Source of the DNA: a virus
DNA length: 43,159 nt
Virus record (IMG/VR): IMGVR_UViG_3300034104_000606
Reading direction: 5' to 3' (one strand)
Part shown: in pieces, positions 15,408 through 24,360 of the stretch
How positions within the stretch are numbered: the first letter of the stretch is position 1
Layout: every line of letters begins with the position of its first letter
Program-made: the position numbers and the translations under genes
Notes under the pieces: generated by a model
Told to the model about the DNA's origin: nothing
Seen by the model: the letters and a program-made list of their open reading frames with translations, nothing else
The model's database searches: none

Positions 15408-15667
15408 TTCATCTTCTTCTTCATAGGCTTCTTCTTAACAGCCATCTTGTTGCCCTTGGCTACTGTGTTAGACACCTGCGGCTTTCTCTTGGGCTTAGGG
15501 ACTGTCTCGTTATAGGCACTGAGAGGAACACCTCTGCCAGCCGAAGGATCAATACCTTCAGCGTAGGGATCTCTCTTCATCTTCTTCATAGGCTTCTTAT
15601 AAATCTGACCTTTACCCGGCATAATAGAACTCCTTCTTAAATCACCAGTGTTAGATGTTTTCATCAT
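15404..15667 (-). CDS. Lys-rich small protein (87 aa) with repeated KKPMKK(K)MK motif
   Basis: ATGA overlap with the upstream 46-aa ORF. KKPMKKMK near the N-terminus and KKKPMKKKMK at the C-terminus. Confidence 0.7.
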   Translation of the reverse strand: MMKTSNTGDLRRSSIMPGKGQIYKKPMKKMKRDPYAEGIDPSAGRGVPLSAYNETVPKPKRKPQVSNTVAKGNKMAVKKKPMKKKMK

Positions 15668-15804
15668 TTCTTTTTCTTCCTTGCTGTCTTAGCAGCTTCC
15701 CTAAAGGCTTTATCAGTAGGTGCGCCTTTCTCACCCTTCTTCCTCATCTTCTTACCAGCCTTACGCTTGGCCCAGATGTTGGCGTACAGACCCTGCTTTG
15801 CCAT
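15664..15804 (-). CDS. Lys/Arg-rich mini-protein (46 aa; 14 Lys + 4 Arg)
   Basis: Below the track cutoff. Product MAKQGLYANIWAKRKAGKKMRKKGEKGAPTDKAFREAAKTARKKKK. TAATG overlap upstream and ATGA overlap downstream. The GL(Y/W)ANI.AKR motif seems familiar from other phage small ORFs (from memory). Confidence 0.55.
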   Translation of the reverse strand: MAKQGLYANIWAKRKAGKKMRKKGEKGAPTDKAFREAAKTARKKKK

Positions 15805-16076
15805 TACCATTTCACCTTATCGGCCCAGTAGGCAGCAGACATCTTACCTTTAGAAATGTTCTTAGCATGTCTAGCCTTAAACGATTCCCTTCTCTTACGG
15901 TAGGACTCAGACTCTCCTGCCTTCTTAGGGGAACCAGATACACCCTGCTGACCAAACCTGATCAGCTTAATCTTGCTACCTTCTTTGGCAAGGACAGCAT
16001 GAGACTTACTTGCATTAGGGGTTTTCTTGGGCTTGTTATACCCAGAGAACTTCTCACCTCTATATTCAACAGCCAT
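15804..16076 (-). CDS. Basic small protein (90 aa)
   Basis: Product MAVEYRGEKFSGYNKPKKTP...IRFGQQG...SYRKRRESFKARHAKNI...AAYWADKVKW. Starts immediately after the stop of the peptidoglycan hydrolase gene. Confidence 0.75.
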   Translation of the reverse strand: MAVEYRGEKFSGYNKPKKTPNASKSHAVLAKEGSKIKLIRFGQQGVSGSPKKAGESESYRKRRESFKARHAKNISKGKMSAAYWADKVKW

Positions 16077-17141
16077 TTAATAACTCCATGATAGGGACAT
16101 ACCGGGCAGGAGTTTATCCTGTGTCCAGATGTCAAAGTGGATACCATCACCCTTCATATAAGATCCGACTGAACCATAGTTATTATCCAGCCAAAACTTA
16201 CGAAGAGTATCAAGCTTGGTTCTATCTGTAACTTGCTTACCCTCAGGATCAAAGATCTTAACATCAGCAGCCATGCCTCTGCCTTCAGAGTCTACATTAT
16301 GCCTGATAGATCCTGTCCTTCTTTCACCTTCCTGCCCACCAGAAAAGATATCGACTGTATATCCCTGACCAAGGACAGAGCTAACAGCAACATCAAGCTT
16401 GTTTTCTAGTTCGGTGGATACTGGCTTATTTCTAATAGCACCGACATTGGAATATCTTATAGTAGAGAAACCAACAGGCTTGATCACAGTCTTTGTCCTA
16501 GCTTCAACACCTCTACTGAGTCTACCTTCAAAGTCCTTGTCAATGACGATACCTCTCCATGTATTCTGGAGGGCAGACCGAAGGTAAGAAGTGTTACCTG
16601 CAAGGAGATCAGCCTCTAGATCTCTACCCTTTGTACCAATCTTGTATCTTTCTCTGGCAAGGTAGATTGCAGCCTTGTCTTGATTAGCCGGAGAGAAGTC
16701 TGTAAGATCAGAGTACTTGCTCTGGAGATAATCCCATGTCTGCTTCGTAATCTGGTACTTACCAGCAGCAGTGCTTGGTCCTTCTTTTGTGACTAGACCA
16801 ATAACATCAGGGTGCTGGGCATAGTCATCAAATCTGCCACCACCAACGATGATGTTGTAGTCACCACCTGTACCCTCTGCACTGGCAATAGAGTCAAGGA
16901 AACTCTGGGCAGGGATAGACAGACCTGAGTCAGCCATAGCAGGAGTAGGTACAGGTTCCGATACTGGCTCCTTTGTATCAGGGGAGATCTCTACTTCAGG
17001 CTGTTGAGGTTGAACAGACTCAAGCAAAGTTCTAATAGAAGACCCCAGACTAACAATGCTTTCAGGATCTATTGCGACAGTCCTTTGGGTAGGTGTTACA
17101 TTAGTCTGAAGATCAGAAATCTCTGGTTTAAGAAGAGCCAT
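16077..17141 (-). CDS. Virion-associated bifunctional peptidoglycan hydrolase: lambda-R-like lytic transglycosylase (GH104-type) plus M15-like peptidase
   Basis: FLDSIASAEGT...IIVGGGRFDDYAQHP...STAAGKYQITKQTWDY...DFSPANQD aligns by eye with lambda R. The C-terminal half has GSIRHNVDSEGRGMAADV and GDGIHFD (H..D...H zinc-peptidase pattern). Confidence 0.85.
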   Translation of the reverse strand: MALLKPEISDLQTNVTPTQRTVAIDPESIVSLGSSIRTLLESVQPQQPEVEISPDTKEPVSEPVPTPAMADSGLSIPAQSFLDSIASAEGTGGDYNIIVGGGRFDDYAQHPDVIGLVTKEGPSTAAGKYQITKQTWDYLQSKYSDLTDFSPANQDKAAIYLARERYKIGTKGRDLEADLLAGNTSYLRSALQNTWRGIVIDKDFEGRLSRGVEARTKTVIKPVGFSTIRYSNVGAIRNKPVSTELENKLDVAVSSVLGQGYTVDIFSGGQEGERRTGSIRHNVDSEGRGMAADVKIFDPEGKQVTDRTKLDTLRKFWLDNNYGSVGSYMKGDGIHFDIWTQDKLLPGMSLSWSY

Positions 17142-19021
17142 TACTGGATACCCTGTCTGATAAGTTCAAGTGTATCAACGCCATTGGACCTGACATCAAC
17201 AGGAATCTTCTTCGACTGCATAGCCAGAATTTTAAGTGACTCTACAATGTCAAGGATTTCCTTCTGGTTAGATCCAGTACCAAGGGTAACGTAGTTAGCA
17301 AGGATCTTAACCGGGTCTGTCTCAGTAGCAGTCTGTTCAATAGCCATCCTCTGGGTACCTCGCCCAGCAGACTTTGTTTCATAGCGATACATACCCATCG
17401 CTCTCTTAAGTCTGGGGTCTGTCCTAGCAGCAACCTGATTAACATTCAAAGATACGTTACCGTTTGCATCCATACTAAGCTTGAAAGGAACTTCTTCAGT
17501 ATCCTTGATGATATCCATATTGGTATTGAAGTTATTAAGAAGGATATTAGCAGCATTAGCCGCATAATTGTTCATCTTATTATAAAGATCCTTACCCTTC
17601 AATGGGGTTGTCTTAGACATGCTATCAGCAATCGACAGCATCTTTTCACTCATCAGTGTTCTGACATTCTGAGGACGCATAGACTCAAAGGCTTTGTCAA
17701 TCTCAGGGAGAGACACAATATACATCGTAGACAACGCACGATGAGCGGCCTCAACCATCTCAGGAGATTCATTCTCAAACTTGTAACCGTTAGAGATATC
17801 CGTAGCAATCTTAATAGAGCTTCTCCATGCAGGAGGAGAACTAAAGATCTTGGTAAGTTCTGCCGCAGGAGCCAGACCCTTATACTGTTCAGCAAAAGCA
17901 GACGGAGAATCGCCAACAGTGTTATTAGAGATAACAGACATTGGTGTCTGAGCCGACATATCACCAGCAGCAATTGAGGTGCTTGTCTGAATAGCATTAA
18001 CAAGATCAGACTTAGCCTTTACATCCGCCTCAAGGGTATAAGCTGTAACCGCAGCATCACCAGAGATAATACCTCTTGCAATAATCGGGTTATCAATCTT
18101 GCTGGCAAGCTGTGCAATCTGCTCTGCATTCTTGTTCTTGAAAGATCTAGAGAAGATATCAAGGTTAGCTTTGAACGCCTCAATCTGAGCATCATACTCA
18201 GCAAGGAATGTTTCAGGATTCTCTGACTTAGGATCAAGACCATACTTATTAATATCAGTTGTAACCTCTGCAAGTCTTACGGCTCTTGCCTGTGAAAGAC
18301 TATCAAGAAGTACAACAGCAGGATCAAGACCTTGCTTAAGAGCCTGATCAGCAATAGTCCTTACCATTTCAGGTGAAGTATCCATCTTAAACTTATTAGA
18401 GATATCTGTCTGGATAATAGGTCTAGATCTAAGAGAGAACTCAGTCTTTCTTGTAGCTGCATCAGCAGAAATTCTATCTGAAGCAAGCTTTGCCTGATCA
18501 ATCTGCAACTGCTTTTGTGTGCTTATCATGTACTGCTGTGTCAGGATATTCTGTGCCTCAGCTTCGTCACCACCAGAAGTGATATAGGCATAGCTCAAGG
18601 CAGCTTTGCCTTCGGTAGTATCTGTAACCCACTTAGCAGTGTTAGCCTGTTGCAGATCCTGAACAGCCTGTCCAGTCCCCATATATACATCCCCGGTAAA
18701 AGACCCGAAGAGTTTATTTACTTCTTCCTGATAAGAGGGAAATTGAAGAAGAGCCTTCTGTTGTGTCTTTTTAAATTCAATTGCTTTTCTTGTAGGATCT
18801 TCAATTGCATTAACTCTTTCAATAGAAGCGGCAATAATGTTCAAGGCTTCCTGCTTCTTCTCAGCTTCAGTCGGACCCTTAACTTCCTTTTGCTCCATAG
18901 CACCTGCGAACATTGCAGTAATGCCAGTAATTGCACCAGAGTAGTCCATGCTTGGAGGAGTATACGCTGTAAGATTAGTGCCACCAACTTCTCTAATCTC
19001 GGGCTTAAACAATTCAGCCAT
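17141..19021 (-). CDS. Internal virion / ejection protein (626 aa)
   Basis: Sits between the large internal protein and the hydrolase. Ala/Gln-rich and helical-looking. TAATG coupling downstream. Confidence 0.6.
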   Translation of the reverse strand: MAELFKPEIREVGGTNLTAYTPPSMDYSGAITGITAMFAGAMEQKEVKGPTEAEKKQEALNIIAASIERVNAIEDPTRKAIEFKKTQQKALLQFPSYQEEVNKLFGSFTGDVYMGTGQAVQDLQQANTAKWVTDTTEGKAALSYAYITSGGDEAEAQNILTQQYMISTQKQLQIDQAKLASDRISADAATRKTEFSLRSRPIIQTDISNKFKMDTSPEMVRTIADQALKQGLDPAVVLLDSLSQARAVRLAEVTTDINKYGLDPKSENPETFLAEYDAQIEAFKANLDIFSRSFKNKNAEQIAQLASKIDNPIIARGIISGDAAVTAYTLEADVKAKSDLVNAIQTSTSIAAGDMSAQTPMSVISNNTVGDSPSAFAEQYKGLAPAAELTKIFSSPPAWRSSIKIATDISNGYKFENESPEMVEAAHRALSTMYIVSLPEIDKAFESMRPQNVRTLMSEKMLSIADSMSKTTPLKGKDLYNKMNNYAANAANILLNNFNTNMDIIKDTEEVPFKLSMDANGNVSLNVNQVAARTDPRLKRAMGMYRYETKSAGRGTQRMAIEQTATETDPVKILANYVTLGTGSNQKEILDIVESLKILAMQSKKIPVDVRSNGVDTLELIRQGIQ

Positions 19022-19023
19022 TC

Positions 19024-22000
19024 TTACTGTCCTTCTTTAGAAATAAGTTTTTGAAACTGTCTGCTAAGACCATCCTTAGCTGTCTTAGAGTCCTGAATAA
19101 TTGCTGACTCACCAAGGCCAATCCAACTTTCTCTTGATCTTCTGATAACCTGAGACTTCTGCTGCCAAGACAAGGGGGCAAGGAGAGACATAACTTCGTC
19201 TCTGATACCTTCAGCAGAAGCAAGATCACCTTCTTGGATGTACTTGGTCTGGACTCTGTTAAGTTCTTTTACTCTATCAGTAACTCCCTGTACCATCTTG
19301 TTCTCAGCGTACAAAGAGCTTTTAAGATCATAGTACATCTCTACTTCTTGGAAGGGAATACCAAGGGTACTCCACAGGGCATTCCAAGGACTCATACCTT
19401 CAGCAAGAGTCTGACCTTTCTTGTTGATAAACTCACCTGTTTGGATAAGATAGTAAGCTCTTGCAGCCTTATCTAAAGAAGACACGTTACGAAGAACCTT
19501 GGTCATGTCATACTGAGCAATAGACACATCAGAGGTAAACAAAGAAGCAACAAGACCAACAGCACCCATACCTGTATCGTAGGCGATAGATCCGGCAGGG
19601 CCACCAAGGACTTCAACAAAGTTCTTATTCATGATATCTTCATAGATCTGGGTTAAGCCCTCGCCAGTACCAAGTCTACCGGACAGTGCAGTATCTTCCC
19701 CTGTAATGTTAGACAGCACAGAGTCAACAAGACCATACCTAAGGAAAGTGTACATATCCTTATTGATACCCTCAGAGGTCTGATCAATAAACATATTCGT
19801 TACATTGCCAGCAAATGGAAGACCAGCAGCACCAAAGAAAGCTACCTGTGCAAGCCCAAGCCTTGCTCTCTCAGCACCAGAAAGATTCTTACCAAAGAAG
19901 ATGTTCTCCAGAAGTCTGGCCTGATACCCCAACCACTGGGTAGGAAGCGACATAAACCCTTGCTGCCAACCAGCAGCCGAAGCTCTTGTCATGTTGTTGG
20001 TCAGGACATCAGCCCTTCTGGTAATGAAGTCATCCATTACTCTGAAGCCAGCATCTGTAGCTACATCCAGTGTAGGATACGCCTTTCTAAACTCACGGTA
20101 GGCAACATTCGTAGCCATAAGTCTGGCAACTCTATCACCTTCATTGAAGAAGACTCTACCCTTTTCACGGATAGATCTAACAACACCCCTTGTAACATCG
20201 TAGGTAGAGTTAATCTCAGAGATGTTCTGGTTAACTTGGAATCTACCAGACCTGTACATATAGTCTACAGACTCAAGGAACTCTTTCTCGGACATCCCAA
20301 TGAAAGCCTTTGATCTCTTGTACAAAGCCTTAAGCACATCAGGGTTTGTATTTACCATAGCAATACGCAGCGGCATATACGAAGCTGCTGCCTTAAGACC
20401 ATAGACTGGAGAGATAGCCATGATATTAAGGGCAGAGGAAGACTGAACAATAAGCTGGTCAATGTTAAACAGACCAAGCTTAAGGTCAAAGGCAAAAGAT
20501 CTTAGGGCAACATCTGGTCTAAAGCTTGTCTTATCGATGACATCAAACCCTCTCTTGTCAAAGATAAACTCACCAAAGCCCTGCATCCTAGAGTTCCAGA
20601 CCTGAGCAAACTCATTAGTCTCACTGAGTCTGTTCATGATAACTCTACGCTCGGTCATAAACTTACGACCAGTCGGAGAGTCAAGAAACTCTGCCCTCTT
20701 GATCTGTTCTACCAGAGGAAGCTTCTCAATGTTATCAAGATTAGTAATGACCTTGTTAGCCTTGGCTCCCTTCATGAAACCATCAAGAGCCTTATAAGAG
20801 TACTCCCTCTCGGCCATGTAATTCACACCCTTGGCAAAGTCTCTTTCAATGGAGACAACAGGGTCAAGGTGTTTAAAGCTACCACCACCATAACCATACA
20901 GGATCTGGTTATCTTTAGCACCCTTAGAGTACAGGTCAGCATAGTTTGTAAACTTACCAAGACGATAGTTTTCAAACTGACCAACGCCCACATCAGGCAG
21001 GGCCATTTCTTTGGTCACGATCTCAAGGTCTACAGTCTCATCGATACCTGACTTAGCAATGAAGTCCTCAAGTCTATCAAGATCCTCAATGCTGGGGTTA
21101 AAGCCGTTGTTAGCCCGGATGATATCATCAGCAGCTTGTCTTGTAATAGTACCATCCTTGAAGCTACGAAAAGCCTTAAGAGAAGTATTGATATCTCTGG
21201 CAGCATCAGACAGTTCCTTTGCTGTTCTACCAACAAAAGAAATATTAGGCGTAAGCTGTAAGATATTACCTGACAGATCAGATGCTGTCTTCCTAGAGAC
21301 AAGGAAACCGTGTACATTGCTGATATCTCTGAAGCCTCCAGCAATCCTAGGGACAACATCCGAAGGCATCAGGGGTCTGGAACCCTTCAGAGTACCTGTA
21401 GCGTAAAGTACTTTCTTACCATCAATCTCAGGAGTATTCTCTACATCTACAATCTGGTATAGATTCTGCTTCTTTTTGTCTTTCATAAAGTCAGATCTAG
21501 AAATTACCTTACCTGTATTCAGATCGTAAATAAAATCTTGGCGATATTTGTCTGAAACAGGAAGATCTCTTTTATACAAAGACTTCATACGATAGAAGTT
21601 AGTACCATCACCAGTGCCAATAAACTGGTTGATCTTCTCACCAGTTGTTCTCTTCAGAATCTTATCAGCCTCAAGCCATCTTGCTGTCTCAGCTACCTTA
21701 TAAGTAGAGACATAAGCATCCTGAACTGCCTGACTTGCCTGTTTACCTGTCTGTCTAAAATAAGCATCCTTAAAAGCAGAGATATCATACCAGTCAGAGT
21801 CTTCAATATTGATCTTAGAGATTACATTTCTAAGGTTTCTAATTTCATCTCTGGACACAGCCTTGATAAGCTTGTTATGGTTGTTCATAATCTCAGCTTC
21901 GACATAGCCGATCTTATCCAGACCCCTCTTAAGGGCAGTGTTCAGCCTTTCAGGAGAAGTAACTTCAGGAGACACAAAGAAATCACCAAGGAAAGATCTA

Positions 22001-23391
22001 AGCTCACCAGTCTCCGTAGGTGTAGCCAAACCCTTCATATTCAAGTTACGCTGGAAAGAAACGACATAACCTTCAGGTCCATCGCCCTTGGCATTAATAC
22101 CATAAGGTTCTACTTCAGCACCAAAGTTCTTGGCAAACTTCTGAGCATTAGCCCAGTCTTTAAACGGAAGACCATCTTCTCTGCCCATCGTAACCTTAAC
22201 AGCAAAGTTATCCAGACCAAGATTAGTCTCGGAGATGTCAAGGATATGGGTCTTTGTTGTCTTCTCAAGGAAAGTCTTGTACCTATCCTTAGCAGCCTGA
22301 ATCATCTCAGGAGTATACATATCTCTGTAAGCAGACTCAACCTTTGCAAGGTAGTCGTTAACAACTTCATTCTGGAGTGTTGGCTTCAACGTAGGACCAA
22401 GGCCATTGCTAGCCACAGAAGACGTAGAAGGGGCTGCATGCTTCGGTGTACCAATAGAAGTCACACCAGTATTAAGTGCAGTATCCATGACATTGTTAGC
22501 TGCGGCTTTACCACCAACAGCTTCTGCAACCTCAAGGGCATCCGTAGACAAAGCAAGCTTGCTGGCAGTACCAGTTGTCTGGATTGTTTTACCGCCAATA
22601 CCAAGGGCTTTACCAACAGGGACAAGACCAGCAATGTCAACACCAAGCCAGATGTCTTCATTCTCATTCTTGCCCATCTCTGTAATGGAATTAAATCTCG
22701 ACCAATACAGTAGACTATTATCACCAAAGGCACCAAGATCCTTAGCCTGTTGGGCAAACTGCTGGGCCAGAATCTTCTTCTTGTTCAGGTCAGGCTCAAG
22801 GAAGATAGCCATGTACTGGTCACGACCAAGCTGAGACTTACCCTGCATACCACCGATAGAAGTACCAGTTACACCAAGGACATTCTCAACAGGACCAATA
22901 ACTGTTTCTCTGGCAATCATACCAAAGGCAGAGGCAGCATAACCCCACATACCTTCATCAGGTGCGACAGCCTGAAATGCATCTCTGAGAATGGAGAGAG
23001 TCAAAGCTCTTTGGTCTACATCCGTATTAAACCTATCAACAACAATCTTGTCTACAACGTCTTTGCTCTCTCTGGCCGTAGCCATAAGCGCAGAGTTCTT
23101 GTTATAGACATCAAGCATTGAGTTGAATGTCTTAGAATCATACCCTTCTGTAAAAGCTTTGTCCAAGACAGTTGTCTGATCTGCTTCTTCTTGATTAAAG
23201 AGATCGTAGTACTTCTCTTCCTGAACAGCAGTATAGGCTTCCTCTACAGAGACACCAGTTGCATTAGCATAGCGTTCTGCCAAAGAAAGCTTAAACTTTT
23301 CACTCTTCTGTACCTCTTGATTAATCTCCTCCTCTGAAGGAAAAAGAGACTCCTCTACGGTAACTTCCTGTTCTGTACCAAAAAGATCCAT
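19024..23391 (-). CDS. Large internal virion / DNA-ejection protein (1455 aa)
   Basis: Size and position are analogous to T7 gp15/gp16. Hydrophobic Gly/Ala-rich segments lie in the C-terminal third. No polymerase motifs seen. Confidence 0.65.
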   Translation of the reverse strand: MDLFGTEQEVTVEESLFPSEEEINQEVQKSEKFKLSLAERYANATGVSVEEAYTAVQEEKYYDLFNQEEADQTTVLDKAFTEGYDSKTFNSMLDVYNKNSALMATARESKDVVDKIVVDRFNTDVDQRALTLSILRDAFQAVAPDEGMWGYAASAFGMIARETVIGPVENVLGVTGTSIGGMQGKSQLGRDQYMAIFLEPDLNKKKILAQQFAQQAKDLGAFGDNSLLYWSRFNSITEMGKNENEDIWLGVDIAGLVPVGKALGIGGKTIQTTGTASKLALSTDALEVAEAVGGKAAANNVMDTALNTGVTSIGTPKHAAPSTSSVASNGLGPTLKPTLQNEVVNDYLAKVESAYRDMYTPEMIQAAKDRYKTFLEKTTKTHILDISETNLGLDNFAVKVTMGREDGLPFKDWANAQKFAKNFGAEVEPYGINAKGDGPEGYVVSFQRNLNMKGLATPTETGELRSFLGDFFVSPEVTSPERLNTALKRGLDKIGYVEAEIMNNHNKLIKAVSRDEIRNLRNVISKINIEDSDWYDISAFKDAYFRQTGKQASQAVQDAYVSTYKVAETARWLEADKILKRTTGEKINQFIGTGDGTNFYRMKSLYKRDLPVSDKYRQDFIYDLNTGKVISRSDFMKDKKKQNLYQIVDVENTPEIDGKKVLYATGTLKGSRPLMPSDVVPRIAGGFRDISNVHGFLVSRKTASDLSGNILQLTPNISFVGRTAKELSDAARDINTSLKAFRSFKDGTITRQAADDIIRANNGFNPSIEDLDRLEDFIAKSGIDETVDLEIVTKEMALPDVGVGQFENYRLGKFTNYADLYSKGAKDNQILYGYGGGSFKHLDPVVSIERDFAKGVNYMAEREYSYKALDGFMKGAKANKVITNLDNIEKLPLVEQIKRAEFLDSPTGRKFMTERRVIMNRLSETNEFAQVWNSRMQGFGEFIFDKRGFDVIDKTSFRPDVALRSFAFDLKLGLFNIDQLIVQSSSALNIMAISPVYGLKAAASYMPLRIAMVNTNPDVLKALYKRSKAFIGMSEKEFLESVDYMYRSGRFQVNQNISEINSTYDVTRGVVRSIREKGRVFFNEGDRVARLMATNVAYREFRKAYPTLDVATDAGFRVMDDFITRRADVLTNNMTRASAAGWQQGFMSLPTQWLGYQARLLENIFFGKNLSGAERARLGLAQVAFFGAAGLPFAGNVTNMFIDQTSEGINKDMYTFLRYGLVDSVLSNITGEDTALSGRLGTGEGLTQIYEDIMNKNFVEVLGGPAGSIAYDTGMGAVGLVASLFTSDVSIAQYDMTKVLRNVSSLDKAARAYYLIQTGEFINKKGQTLAEGMSPWNALWSTLGIPFQEVEMYYDLKSSLYAENKMVQGVTDRVKELNRVQTKYIQEGDLASAEGIRDEVMSLLAPLSWQQKSQVIRRSRESWIGLGESAIIQDSKTAKDGLSRQFQKLISKEGQ

Positions 23392-23393
23392 TA

Positions 23394-23873
23394 TTAAACC
23401 TGTGTTAGACTAGGGGGACGGATTGCCCTAAGGGTAGTATTAAACAAACCAGACCCCATAGACACCAGATCCGGGGCAGCACCTGCGATACCCTGTGCGA
23501 TACTAGCTGTCTGCTGGTATCTTGATGCCTGATTCAGGAACTTTTGCTGTCTATTAACAGAGTACTGGCTAAAACCTTGGAAAGCCATGGCAGAAAGTCC
23601 CTGACTCTCAAGACCAGAAAGACCACCAGTCAATGCTGTACCTGCTGTCGGACCCTGCCCAGCACCAACCTGAGCCGCTACGTTGACTGTCTGACCTCTG
23701 GCAATGGCCTGTTCTCTCAGCATCTTCCTACGCTCTCTGGCATCAGCAGCCATCTGAAGGTTTCTCTGTTCCTTTGCAGCCTTCTCCTGAGCTTGCATAG
23801 CCTTGTTCTGCTGGACCATACCAAAGATACTAGAACCAGCACTAACCAATGCACCAATTGCAGCAACAGCCAT
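23394..23873 (-). CDS. Small internal virion protein (159 aa, gp14-like position)
   Basis: N-terminal hydrophobic MAVAAIGALVSAGSSIFGMV followed by Gln/Ala-rich sequence. Placed by synteny. Confidence 0.55.
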   Translation of the reverse strand: MAVAAIGALVSAGSSIFGMVQQNKAMQAQEKAAKEQRNLQMAADARERRKMLREQAIARGQTVNVAAQVGAGQGPTAGTALTGGLSGLESQGLSAMAFQGFSQYSVNRQQKFLNQASRYQQTASIAQGIAGAAPDLVSMGSGLFNTTLRAIRPPSLTQV

Positions 23874-23874
23874 A

Positions 23875-24360
23875 TTATATTTCCTTCTGATAGATTACTT
23901 CTTTTACTGAATAACCAAGTTTCTGGTAAAGTTTACCCAGACTCTTTGGACTTAAATTTGTATACGTTGCTATGTGAAGAGACTCTGCTTTCTTGTACCT
24001 AGCCCAAGCTTCAAAGGCTCTTACCATCTCCAGACCATACTTCCTGCTGTCTTTGCTTACAAAGATTGCCATACAGTAGGCCATCTTAGACGAATGGAAG
24101 TAGTGTTCTGTCAGGATACCAAGGATAAAACCTTTAACTCTACCTGCTACTACCAGCACAATCCCTGTAATATCTTCATTTAGCAGGGCAGCATCACAGA
24201 GTTTCAGGATCTTTTCTTCCTCATATTCTTTATCAGGAAGGACACTCTGTACTGGTTCTTTGGCAAGGTTTAATATCTCAGGGTAGTCTTCTTTAATCAG
24301 GTATCTGATACTAACCTTAGTAACTCTTCCTACGTCAGTATCTTGGGTTTGTTGCACCAA
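23875..24360 (-). CDS. GNAT-family N-acetyltransferase (about 160 aa) with non-ATG start
   Basis: GIVLVVAGRVKGFILG...FVSKDSRKYGLEMVRAFEAWAR...KLYQKLGY is a GNAT core. There is no in-frame ATG before residue 93, so the start must be TTG 24360 or GTG 24357, overlapping the upstream gene by 23-26 nt. Confidence 0.8.
   Translation of the reverse strand: MVQQTQDTDVGRVTKVSIRYLIKEDYPEILNLAKEPVQSVLPDKEYEEEKILKLCDAALLNEDITGIVLVVAGRVKGFILGILTEHYFHSSKMAYCMAIFVSKDSRKYGLEMVRAFEAWARYKKAESLHIATYTNLSPKSLGKLYQKLGYSVKEVIYQKEI

Noticed and set aside
19024-23391. The 1455-aa virion protein as a possible packaged RNA polymerase (N4 vRNAP or crAss-like)
   Set aside because: Reading the sequence, I could find no T7-like motifs (D-x-SxSGxQ, HDS/HDx) and no two-barrel DxDGD-type motif. 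Consensus host promoters explain transcription. Only a profile search could fully exclude it.
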